From: a virus
Virus genome (UHGV): UHGV-0157529
Strand: one strand, 5' to 3'
DNA: 46,733 bases
Positions 7,753-15,347 of this stretch are shown one piece after another; position 1 is the stretch's first letter, and each line of letters opens with the position of its first letter. Below the pieces are notes generated by a model. It saw only the letters and a program-made list of their open reading frames with translations. It did no database searches and was not told the DNA's origin. Made by a program: the position numbers and the translations under genes.

Positions 7753-8546
7753 GCAAGAAAAAGCCTGTCAAGTACGAACATCTTGAGCAATGGGTGAACA
7801 ACCACGACGCCCGAATCACACAGGCCGGGTCCTATCCTGCGCAGGTCGTGTTCATTCTGGAGGAAGACCTCAAAGCGTTCTGCAAGGCCATGGGCCTGCC
7901 TCACATGGGCCCACTGTCTGGCGGTCGCTGCTATCGCATGGCTGGTGACGACTTCTTCGCGGTGGTCCTGTGCTTCAAGCTCGACTCCGGCCAGCTAATC
8001 AGCGCCATCGCCCACGAGTGCTACCATGCGCTAAACTTCATTTATAAGCAGTACGGTTCGCGGCACTCGCTGAGGAACGATGAGCCAGCAGCCTACCTAA
8101 TCGGCCATATGGCCTACTACGCCACCAAATTCATCGAGGAGCAGGGCTATGCACTCATTAACACCGGAGCTATCGGCACAGATGCAACGGATAGCGGAGA
8201 TTTACGGGCAGAGTTATCTAGTCCGCAACAAGGACGGGTCGATGGAAGTGCTGAGCCCGCAACAGGTGCTGGTGGTCCAGTTCCACGGCAAGAGCCCCAC
8301 GAAGAGTCTCCCCGGTTCCTTCCGTGTGGGTGCTTTGGGAGATGCACTGGACACGGCGGCGGACTGACTCACACCTGCCCGACCTGTGGCGAAGAGATAC
8401 CAAATCCGCCAGCATACCACGTGTGCACCCGACCTAGGGGTGCAGCAATGAAGCAATGCGACCGCTGCGGTGTGCAGTATTTCGCCACCCACAAACACTC
8501 ATGCAACAAACACGATATAACGGCTTGGGAGGCCAAACATGAATAA
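7749..8546 (+). CDS. protein with an HExxH metallopeptidase-like motif (N-terminal part) and a C-terminal zinc ribbon. The central 8150-8367 segment looks non-coding in this frame (see findings).
   Basis: AIAHECYHAL is an HExxH motif. The C-terminus carries CPTCG...CDRCG. Between about 8150 and 8367, codon third positions are AT-rich in this frame and GC-rich in the +1 frame. Confidence 0.4.
   Translation: MSKKKPVKYEHLEQWVNNHDARITQAGSYPAQVVFILEEDLKAFCKAMGLPHMGPLSGGRCYRMAGDDFFAVVLCFKLDSGQLISAIAHECYHALNFIYKQYGSRHSLRNDEPAAYLIGHMAYYATKFIEEQGYALINTGAIGTDATDSGDLRAELSSPQQGRVDGSAEPATGAGGPVPRQEPHEESPRFLPCGCFGRCTGHGGGLTHTCPTCGEEIPNPPAYHVCTRPRGAAMKQCDRCGVQYFATHKHSCNKHDITAWEAKHE
8149..8367 (+). CDS. alternative-frame ORF with good coding statistics and its own SD; it is either a separate overlapping gene or evidence of a frameshift or indel within the 7749-8546 gene
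   Basis: GAGGAG lies 8 nt upstream of the ATG. GC3 is high. The peptide ELSAQMQRIAEIYGQSYLVRNKDGSMEVLSPQQVLVVQFHGK looks protein-like. Confidence 0.35.
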   Translation: MHSLTPELSAQMQRIAEIYGQSYLVRNKDGSMEVLSPQQVLVVQFHGKSPTKSLPGSFRVGALGDALDTAAD

Positions 8547-8805
8547 GACCCTTAATACCCAGTTAGTACTCGACCATAAGCTTAACGCCGAGGCGGTGGA
8601 CTTCATCGAACGGCTGGTGGCTGCTGGCCATGAAATCCACCTGACCGACGGCGGACCGCAGCCCATCTTTACTATCGGCGCAGGCAAGACCCCATTCAGT
8701 GGCAAGACGGTGATGGAGATAGCCAAGTGGGCCCCTAAAGAGCATCTGCTGGTGCAGGCTTTCCGTGTGCTGTCCAAAGCCTACCCTAATGGGATGGGGG
8801 CCTGA
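8539..8805 (+). CDS. hypothetical protein
   Basis: 88-aa ORF; ATGAATAA overlap with the upstream stop. Confidence 0.5.
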   Translation: MNKTLNTQLVLDHKLNAEAVDFIERLVAAGHEIHLTDGGPQPIFTIGAGKTPFSGKTVMEIAKWAPKEHLLVQAFRVLSKAYPNGMGA

Positions 8806-8921
8806 TGGACTTTGACATAGGACCATATGTCATCGGCGTGGCTGTCGGTGCGTTGTCCGTGGGCCTTGTGTGGACGCTGACCGTCCTGTTTCCTACTGAT
8901 TGCGACGAAGTGCCGTAGCGC
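8805..8921 (+). CDS. small hydrophobic peptide (38 aa)
   Basis: TGATG overlap with the previous gene. MDFDIGPYVIGVAVGALSVGLVWTLTVLFP is transmembrane-like. Confidence 0.3.
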
Positions 8922-9075
8922 GTGAGCGGGTGGCCGCGACATGGAAGTCGCCCTTCCCCGGCCCGCGCAGCCTGCTAAACTCCGATTACGGGGGTATTGA
9001 CAGGCCGTCATATGATATGGTGTACTAATAGTGGGCATATCTGCCCCAACCCCGCATCTCAATGGAGAGAACCTA

Positions 9076-9434
9076 TGCAACGTCTTATGACCCTAATCGC
9101 AGAACTAACTACGTGGGAGGTGGCTTTTGGTATGGCATTCGCCCTGCTGCTGGCCATGTTCCTCGTACCTATGTATGTCCTGCACTGTACCGGGCGCAAT
9201 CTGCTCAATAGCAACGTCGGGCGCATCGCGCATCGTGAGTGGATGTTAGGCCATACGGTCATTATCTACAGCCGATGGCCGATATCCAAGGGCTGGCAAG
9301 GCTGCAGTGCCCGTAAGAAGACATCGCGATCGTGTATGCTGACTATGGGGACCGTGCAGATTGAGCTTATTCGCCTATGCCGTTCACAGGCCCCCATCTA
9401 CAGGGCAACGTACAACAACGCCAAGAAAGCTTGA
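9076..9434 (+). CDS. small membrane protein
   Basis: GGAGAG lies 6 nt upstream of the ATG. VAFGMAFALLLAMFLVPMYVL is a transmembrane segment. A degenerate promoter cassette lies upstream (TTGACA at 8997). Confidence 0.4.
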
Positions 9435-9459
9435 CCCGGTTGGGCCCGTGTGCTATACT
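9431..9459 (+). promoter_or_regulatory. sigma70-type promoter cassette P5 (TTGACC-17-TGcTATACT). The -10 element is bracketed by a GGGCCC...GGGCCC palindrome (9441-9466).
   Basis: Hexamers with a 17-bp spacer. Leader GAGATAAGAGATAAACAAGATG. Confidence 0.6.
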
Positions 9460-9491
9460 GGGCCCTCCTACTGAGATAAGAGATAAACAAG

Positions 9492-9872
9492 ATGAAAGCC
9501 AAGAAGATAAAAGATATCCATATCTTGCTGCGTAACGGTCGCTGGACAGCTGTATGGCAGGGTGAGGTTTGCCGCATCCAGAACGACAAGAGACGTCGCG
9601 CCCGTGTGGTCCGCCACGCTGATTCCCCCGAGCATGCTCTGGTATCCCTACTTGCCAGTGAGATATTAGAGCCTCAAAAAAGAGGCTACATGCTGGCACA
9701 CGCCGAGTTCATCGTATGGCTTGAGCAAAACGGCCTTATGTCCCTGCGCAGGGCGCTTCTGTTTGCTAAAGGCGACGGCTGGGACGGTCAGAGGAATCTG
9801 GAGGCTGTCAGGGTATATCGGGAATGGCGAAGGGAGCAAACGAGCGGTACTTCTCTTGGCCTCGTAGAATAG
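9492..9872 (+). CDS. hypothetical protein
   Basis: 126-aa ORF, followed by a terminator. Confidence 0.55.
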   Translation: MKAKKIKDIHILLRNGRWTAVWQGEVCRIQNDKRRRARVVRHADSPEHALVSLLASEILEPQKRGYMLAHAEFIVWLEQNGLMSLRRALLFAKGDGWDGQRNLEAVRVYREWRREQTSGTSLGLVE

Positions 9873-9896
9873 CCCCGGTACGTATGTAGCTGGTCG

Positions 9897-9931
9897 GCCT
9901 CTCGATTCAACGGAGAGGCTCCCGTTTTCTA
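9897..9931 (+). terminator. rho-independent terminator
   Basis: Hairpin GGCCTCTCG-ATTCAA-CGGAGAGGC followed by TCCCGTTTTCT. Confidence 0.6.
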
Positions 9932-9948
9932 AAGATGGAGAACAAAAG

Positions 9949-10179
9949 ATGGCAAAAGTAAGACTGACTCTGGAGAGTCTGGGTAGCACTCACCAGATGG
10001 ACCCGGTAGGACAGGGCGAAGCTGTGGACCGCATGGTCGAATATGTAGGCCGTCGCTGGGATATCGACGACGAAGAGCGGGCAGAACTGCAGGTAGTCAT
10101 CGATGCGGTAGTCATCACTGGCGCGCCGCTTGAATATAGCGGGTTGGCCCCGATTTACGTTAAGGTAGAGAAAGCATGA
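9949..10179 (+). CDS. hypothetical protein
   Basis: GGAGAA SD; 76 aa. Confidence 0.45.
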   Translation: MAKVRLTLESLGSTHQMDPVGQGEAVDRMVEYVGRRWDIDDEERAELQVVIDAVVITGAPLEYSGLAPIYVKVEKA

Positions 10180-10457
10180 ACATCACGCGATTCGCAGTAC
10201 ATGTAATCAGCAACGGGGTATTGATGGCCGCCGTCAGTGGTCAGACACACGTGGTCGGTCAGTTCGCACCGCACATAGGCGAACTGGTGTCCGGGTTCGA
10301 AGGCAGCACTATGGGCCCTAGTCTCGCAGACCACGTCATTAACAGCCATATGAAGAACGCCGTGGACCAGAGCGACACCCGGCGAATCGTCATCCCGGCT
10401 GGCCATAAGTTAGAGATAGTCATCACGCCGATGTGCTCGGTCATGGGAGGGGTATGA
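10176..10457 (+). CDS. hypothetical protein
   Basis: ATGA overlap with the previous gene. Confidence 0.45.
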   Translation: MNITRFAVHVISNGVLMAAVSGQTHVVGQFAPHIGELVSGFEGSTMGPSLADHVINSHMKNAVDQSDTRRIVIPAGHKLEIVITPMCSVMGGV

Positions 10458-10714
10458 TGAGCAGACCTGTTTATAATGTAGTCGTCCAGACCGTGTGGCC
10501 GGACGGGTTCAAATCCGAGGTACGGGGCGATGCCATCACCACGACCCGTAAGACGCTGGAGGCCCTGCGCCGGGCGGGGGTCTACTACTACCAGCCAGTC
10601 CCTGCTGCACTGCGCGACGCGACGCAGAGGGTGGCCGCGCGGTATATCCCGGAGGCTACTATTGAAGCTGGTCTCGCCACCCTTAATGTCCGCTGTGCGA
10701 AGGAGGGCGTATGA
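10457..10714 (+). CDS. hypothetical protein (alternative start at 10454)
   Basis: GGGAGGGG SD; TGATG overlap with the previous gene. Confidence 0.45.
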   Translation: MSRPVYNVVVQTVWPDGFKSEVRGDAITTTRKTLEALRRAGVYYYQPVPAALRDATQRVAARYIPEATIEAGLATLNVRCAKEGV

Positions 10715-11034
10715 TACCTATGATTAAAGTAGTCCTGCTGGCTGGCCCGGCACTAATAGCCTCGTACACGGCGCACCCGACCCGCATCAAAGACCCACGG
10801 GGCGGCATCATGCAGGCACTAGAACTGGACCTGATGGACCTGCTCAACCTGTCGGACACGGCCTGTATCCCATCGGTAGTCCACCGCGACCTGACCGAGG
10901 CCATTAGTCGGGTGATTGACGGCGATAGCCCATCCCGTGAGCCTGCAGTCATCGGCCTGTCCCACCACGCGGGGCGACACCCGATGTACAAGGGCGGGGT
11001 GGCTCCGATATCGGTCCGGGTGGTCCGTTGCTAA
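10711..11034 (+). CDS. hypothetical protein with a hydrophobic N-terminus
   Basis: ATGA overlap with the previous gene. Confidence 0.45.
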   Translation: MIPMIKVVLLAGPALIASYTAHPTRIKDPRGGIMQALELDLMDLLNLSDTACIPSVVHRDLTEAISRVIDGDSPSREPAVIGLSHHAGRHPMYKGGVAPISVRVVRC

Positions 11035-11129
11035 ACGTGGGATTGACACCAGCCACACGGATGTGGTATCACGCGCGCGCTTATCACGTGTGTATGCGGA
11101 GCATTGTCGCCCGTCGACACATTCAATGT

Positions 11130-11400
11130 CGATGGAACGGTGGAACGGTGGAACGGTACATAGTACGAACTGCCGTGGACTCTCTCTCTGTCCCCGGAGG
11201 ACGGGGTCTCCGGTTCTCACGTGTGAAAAGAGAGCCGTTCCATGGGCCGTTCCACCGGTGCTAGGTTGGGGTGGAACGGTGGCCCCAACTACGCACGACG
11301 ACCCGGTGCCGCACAATCCCCTCTTTGGGTGTCCGGGAACGTTCCCGGCGTTCCACGTTCCACGCCCCAATCCCCATCTGTTCCGCCATCTGTTCCATCG
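11130..11400. repeat. iteron cluster A: about 10 copies of TGGAACGG / CCGTTCCA in both orientations (three perfect tandem copies at 11133-11156), a GGGAACGTTCCC palindrome (11335-11346) and GTTCCAC GTTCCAC
   Basis: Read directly from the sequence. A diverged copy occurs at 35538-35640. Confidence 0.7.
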
Positions 11401-11422
11401 CTGTGGTACGTGCAAAAGATAC

Positions 11423-11451
11423 TTGACAGCCGCCCCAACTTATGGTATAAT
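11423..11451 (+). promoter_or_regulatory. sigma70-type promoter cassette P6 (TTGACA-17-TGgTATAAT) plus hairpin GGTGGCAACAGGCCACC and leader GGAGATTAGAGATG
   Basis: Full consensus hexamers with extended -10 and an A-rich upstream region. Confidence 0.75.
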
Positions 11452-11498
11452 AAAGTCTCTGGTGGCAACAGGCCACCGAGCAACAGCGGAGATTAGAG

Positions 11499-11720
11499 AT
11501 GAAGACACACAAGACCAAGATGACCTGCACCGCATCCACTAACCCTAACCTGTTCGCAGTAGGCCAGAAGTACGAGGCCGAGGGAAACGCGACCGACGGC
11601 GGGTATATCAAGTGCCGCATCGGGATGGAGCACCGCATCACCCCGACTCACACTATCACGCAGTCGTTGTACGTCCATACTTCCGGTGCTGACCGTTTCA
11701 TCTTCCAGATTAAGGGCTGA
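11499..11720 (+). CDS. hypothetical protein
   Basis: First gene downstream of P6. Confidence 0.55.
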   Translation: MKTHKTKMTCTASTNPNLFAVGQKYEAEGNATDGGYIKCRIGMEHRITPTHTITQSLYVHTSGADRFIFQIKG

Positions 11721-11723
11721 GCG

Positions 11724-12434
11724 ATGGACCTGAACAAAGTAAAAGAGCGCATCGCCAAGCTGCTGGCGATGGCCGAGAACAACGGCAACGAACACGAGGC
11801 CGCCCAAGCGGCGGCCCGCGCCCGTAAGCTGATGGACCAGTACCAGCTAGACCACATGGACGTGGAGCAGGCCGCCTCTGACTTCGGGTATGAATATGCT
11901 GGCGAGTCCTACGCGTTCCAGCCCCGATGGAAAGGATGGCTGGCCACCGCTGTGGCTAAGTTCAACGATTGCCAATGCCGCCTTGTCAGAGTGCCCGGTG
12001 ACGGCCCCCGCAAGCGCTGGCGCACCCGCTGGGAGGGCTACGCAGAAGACGTGACCCTGTGTTTGGCGATGTTCGAGTATTTTACTGCCGTCATCGAGAC
12101 CGCTACGTCCAAAGACCAGTTATGTCGCGGATATAAAAGATATAACGCACGGGTAGGGACCATCTTCAAGGAATATATGGTGACCACCCTCACCCGGCGT
12201 CTGAGTGAGCTGATGGACCAGCGCAAGGCCGAGACCCCAGTGACATCGACGGGCACAGGGCTGGCCGTGTACAAGGCCAATCAGGTGGCGGCCCAGTTCG
12301 GCGAGGCCACCTATAAGCAGCAGAAGTCCAAAGCGGTGGACGACATGACCACCGAAGAGAAACACGCCGCCCTGCGTGGTATTCAGGAGGGCAAAGCGGT
12401 TCACATCAACGCACTGGGGGATAATCATGAGTAA
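11724..12434 (+). CDS. hypothetical protein with an N-terminal DUF2786-like motif
   Basis: KERIAKLLAMAENNGNEHEAAQAAARARKLM resembles the DUF2786 N-terminal helix. Confidence 0.5.
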   Translation: MDLNKVKERIAKLLAMAENNGNEHEAAQAAARARKLMDQYQLDHMDVEQAASDFGYEYAGESYAFQPRWKGWLATAVAKFNDCQCRLVRVPGDGPRKRWRTRWEGYAEDVTLCLAMFEYFTAVIETATSKDQLCRGYKRYNARVGTIFKEYMVTTLTRRLSELMDQRKAETPVTSTGTGLAVYKANQVAAQFGEATYKQQKSKAVDDMTTEEKHAALRGIQEGKAVHINALGDNHE

Positions 12435-12558
12435 ACGTCAGTTAATGATAGACGCATCTCGATTCCGCAACAAGAAAGAGAAGCGCACGTTCATACGAGA
12501 CATGCTGCTCACGCTGGCCGCAGTAGCATTAATCCTGTTAATCCGTTCCCTGTAGGAG
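12427..12558 (+). CDS. small membrane-anchored peptide (43 aa)
   Basis: ATGA overlap with the previous gene. C-terminal LLTLAAVALILLI is a transmembrane segment. Confidence 0.3.
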
Positions 12559-12565
12559 CACCGAT

Positions 12566-12679
12566 ATGTTTATCGAAGCACTGAGCAAAATGAATAAATA
12601 CTCCGCCCGCCGCGTCTGTCTGGTGTATGTCCCGGCAGTGTTCTGGATAGCCGCTGCTGTCGCCCTATATCTCGCATAG
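12566..12679 (+). CDS. small hydrophobic peptide (37 aa)
   Basis: GGAG SD about 7 nt upstream. A truncated duplicate of its 3' end lies at 13040-13075. Confidence 0.3.
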   Translation: MFIEALSKMNKYSARRVCLVYVPAVFWIAAAVALYLA

Positions 12680-12687
12680 CAAAATAC

Positions 12688-12716
12688 TTGACGGGCCCCC
12701 CAACTTATGGTATAAT
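12688..12716 (+). promoter_or_regulatory. sigma70-type promoter cassette P7 (TTGACG-17-TGgTATAAT) plus hairpin and leader GGAGATACAGAGATG
   Basis: About 90% identical over roughly 100 bp to cassette P8. Confidence 0.7.
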
Positions 12717-12759
12717 AAACATATAGGGGCAAGGGGCCCCTCCCAGCGGAGATACAGAG

Positions 12760-13002
12760 ATGAAAGCAATTTGCACACTTACCAAATCAACAATGATGCG
12801 CGGCGGATTTCTGGCTAACGATTCGAATATGGAACTTTTCGCGACCTGCGCAAAAATAGCCAGATCGGAACATGATGCGGATAGGGGGATGTATAGAATC
12901 TGCTTCACTCGTGGGTTGCTTCAGGGGAAAACAGCGTATGCAAAGGACTTTGAAGAACTGAACGTAAAATGTTCCCAGGTCGCTATAGATTTTTTTAACT
13001 AA
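12760..13002 (+). CDS. low-GC moron gene, hypothetical protein (80 aa)
   Basis: Visibly AT-rich (about 43% GC) against a GC-rich background. Flanked by the duplicated P7 and P8 cassettes. Confidence 0.55.
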   Translation: MKAICTLTKSTMMRGGFLANDSNMELFATCAKIARSEHDADRGMYRICFTRGLLQGKTAYAKDFEELNVKCSQVAIDFFN

Positions 13003-13082
13003 CCATCATACCCCACCAGCGCGGGGCCAATAAGTAGGTGCAAAGTCACCGCTGTGGCCCTGTATCTCGTATAACAAAATAC

Positions 13083-13111
13083 TTGACAGGCCCCCCAACT
13101 TATGGTATAAT
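13083..13111 (+). promoter_or_regulatory. sigma70-type promoter cassette P8 (TTGACA-17-TGgTATAAT) plus hairpin and leader GGAGATTAGAGACATG
   Basis: Near-duplicate of P7. Confidence 0.75.
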
Positions 13112-13155
13112 AAACATATAGAGGCAAGGGGCCTCTCCCAGCGGAGATTAGAGAC

Positions 13156-13401
13156 ATGGCACAGTATATCGGCAAATGCACCAAGGCGGAATTCGTAGAA
13201 GGCAATGCGCATCTGGGAGTCCAGAACATTGAACGTCTGGTAGCTCGTTGCGAGGCATTCACCAACCCTGAAGGTGCTCTGTTCATGGCCGGTATGGCAT
13301 ACGACAACGTCTCCGACATGGACAACGACGCAGAGGTCATCGAAAACATGGACAGCATAATCGATAGCCTCGTGAATGCGTTCGGCTTTGAACTGAAGTA
13401 A
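13156..13401 (+). CDS. hypothetical acidic protein
   Basis: 81-aa ORF. Confidence 0.55.
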   Translation: MAQYIGKCTKAEFVEGNAHLGVQNIERLVARCEAFTNPEGALFMAGMAYDNVSDMDNDAEVIENMDSIIDSLVNAFGFELK

Positions 13402-13412
13402 GGAGATTAGAG

Positions 13413-13814
13413 ATGAAAATGACCTACATCGGCATGAACAACGGCAGCATCAAAGAAGCACATCGTCTGCAGGCGGCCCTGCGCGAAACCCGCGACATGC
13501 TCGAAGACTCATACACGGTGGGCAACTATATTGCGGTACGCGAGCTGCACCGCATCGAGCGCGAAGAACTGGCATCCCTCCGCATGGTCATGCGCTGCGA
13601 TGCGGTCCACGCGACCGCCCTGCCGCAGGATGGGCAGCATTCCTACCACTGGCACAAGGCAATGCGCCCGGCCCGTCAGGCATACGTGGCCCAATGTCAG
13701 AGCGCCCGCCCGGCAGCCGACCAGAACGACGAAGAGAATGAGACCCAGCAACACCAAGCATGGCTCATCGAGCAGGGCCACGACTACGCGGTATTCGGTG
13801 GGGTGATTCTGTGA
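13413..13814 (+). CDS. hypothetical protein
   Basis: Preceded by AAGGAGATTAGAGATG, the leader motif without a promoter. Confidence 0.55.
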   Translation: MKMTYIGMNNGSIKEAHRLQAALRETRDMLEDSYTVGNYIAVRELHRIEREELASLRMVMRCDAVHATALPQDGQHSYHWHKAMRPARQAYVAQCQSARPAADQNDEENETQQHQAWLIEQGHDYAVFGGVIL

Positions 13815-13887
13815 GTTCGGTAGAGGCCGTGGCCAGTATCGCGGCCTTCGTCCTGATACTGGTTCTTTTGTCTAAGATGGGGTTGAT

Positions 13888-14040
13888 ATGAGCAAGTCAC
13901 CGACCGGGCGCACCATCGACGAGCGTCAGCCCATCAAGGCGGCGCTAGACCAACAGGCTTTTCTGGTTCGAAAAGAGCAGGAGGGATTAGACCGGGAGGC
14001 CGTCGCGAAGTGGCTGGCGTCCTTCCGGACCCGCCGATAA
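13888..14040 (+). CDS. small hypothetical protein (50 aa)
   Basis: GC3-rich ORF encoding MSKSPTGRTIDERQPIKAALDQQAFLVRKEQEGLDREAVAKWLASFRTRR. Weak SD. Confidence 0.25.
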   Translation: MSKSPTGRTIDERQPIKAALDQQAFLVRKEQEGLDREAVAKWLASFRTRR

Positions 14041-14074
14041 AAAATCGCCCCGTCTCCGAGACCGGAGCGGGGCG
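14037..14074 (-). terminator. hairpin with the T-tract on the minus strand (minus-strand-oriented intrinsic terminator) at the early/late boundary
   Basis: Stem CGCCCCG...CGGGGCG with an inner stem CTCCG/CGGAG. The A-tract ATAAAAAAT lies 5' on the + strand, which is the U-tract 3' on the - strand. Confidence 0.4.
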
Positions 14075-14239
14075 TGTACTGGAAGCTGGAGAATATCCGG
14101 CGAATCACCTGAGTGGACCCCTCCCCCGTAAAGGTTCGGGGTCCGGTGCAGAGCAACCCGCCATTGTATTTGACCACACCCTCATTGTTCTTACAAGCTC
14201 CTCGTGCTTAAATGTTTAGACCAAAGAGGAGCAACCCAC

Positions 14240-14845
14240 ATGGCTAAATCACCAAAGACAATTGACCTCGACTCACCGAAGGGCCATTCCAATCCGGGCA
14301 AAGGACTGGGGCTGGTGGGCAAGGACCCTATTCGATTCAACCCGCTAGCAGTACAGTTCGATATCGAGGACCACGAGGTCGAGTTCGTAGACGCGTTGTA
14401 CGCCGACCCATATAAGAACGCCACCGCTGCGTGGATGCTGCTTCACCCGGCGTGCGACTCCTATCTGTCGGCCAAAGTAAAAGCATCTGAGATGCTCAAG
14501 AAGCCGAACGTACAGAAGTACGCTGAGTATGTGGCCACCGAGCGCGTCAAGCCGACTATGGTATCCCGCGAGTTCGTCATGCTGCGCCTGCGCCACGTGG
14601 CCGAGCGTGCCATGAGCGCGGTTCCTGTGTTCGATAAGGACGGCCAGCCCACTGGCGAATACAAGTCCGACTTCGGAGCGGCTAACAAGGCGCTGGAACT
14701 GCTGGGCAAACAAATGGGCATGTTCAAAGAACAGACTGAGCTCAAGATTAAGGGCGACCGCCCGACCCTTAACGTACAGATTCTCGGGCTGCCGGACCAA
14801 TCTGAGTGTCCGACGGTCATTAACGACCATCTCAAAAAGGAGTGA
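14240..14845 (+). CDS. terS: terminase small subunit
   Basis: GAGGAG lies 9 nt upstream. Resembles the Terminase_2-type small subunit. Sits immediately upstream of the lysis and terL block. Confidence 0.65.
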   Translation: MAKSPKTIDLDSPKGHSNPGKGLGLVGKDPIRFNPLAVQFDIEDHEVEFVDALYADPYKNATAAWMLLHPACDSYLSAKVKASEMLKKPNVQKYAEYVATERVKPTMVSREFVMLRLRHVAERAMSAVPVFDKDGQPTGEYKSDFGAANKALELLGKQMGMFKEQTELKIKGDRPTLNVQILGLPDQSECPTVINDHLKKE

Positions 14846-14849
14846 GTCA

Positions 14850-15347
14850 ATGTTCTACGGTCTTATGCTTAAAGAGGACGCAGTAGTCGCCGCGCGGGCG
14901 GTGTGCGAGATTATCGGTAACGCATCCACGCGCGAGAACGCTGTGGCCCTGCTAGTAGAAACCGCAGCCGCAGAGACCCTGCTGGGCGACCTGCGCGACC
15001 CCACCATGTATGCCGCTGGCACTGGGCTGACGCAGGTGGACAAAGGTACGTTTGACTGGCTCAAGGGCCTGTACGCCAACACGCCTGTGGCCGAAGCCAT
15101 CCAGAAGCGTTTCAACATCGACATCAGCCGGACCCAGTATCAGGAGCTTGAGACGTCTCCCGTGCTGGCGATGATATTCTGCCGCCTCCGCTACCTGCGT
15201 GCGCAGGGCGCAATCCCCGATACGCTGGTGGGCCGGGCCGAGTACTGGAAGAAGTGGTACAACACCTCGGCGGGTAAGGGTACGGTGGCTGGTTATATTA
15301 AAAAGGTGCAAGATTGCGGAGTGGCCGCACTGCTAAGGACGGCATAA
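14850..15347 (+). CDS. putative endolysin, lytic transglycosylase (SLT-like) family
   Basis: VETAAAETLLG...AAGTGLTQV resembles the SLT catalytic Glu and the GAxGLMQ motif. Located directly upstream of the holin and spanins. Confidence 0.45.
   Translation: MFYGLMLKEDAVVAARAVCEIIGNASTRENAVALLVETAAAETLLGDLRDPTMYAAGTGLTQVDKGTFDWLKGLYANTPVAEAIQKRFNIDISRTQYQELETSPVLAMIFCRLRYLRAQGAIPDTLVGRAEYWKKWYNTSAGKGTVAGYIKKVQDCGVAALLRTA

Noticed and set aside
11133-11156. Tandem 8-bp repeats considered as a possible CRISPR array or VNTR
   Set aside because: Units are 8 bp with no spacers, and occur in mixed orientations. This is consistent with protein-binding iterons, not CRISPR.
10916-11542. ORFs 10916-11542 and 10819-11415 overlapping iteron cluster A
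   Set aside because: Translations are Arg/Trp/Gly-rich and repetitive because they read through the repeats. No start context.
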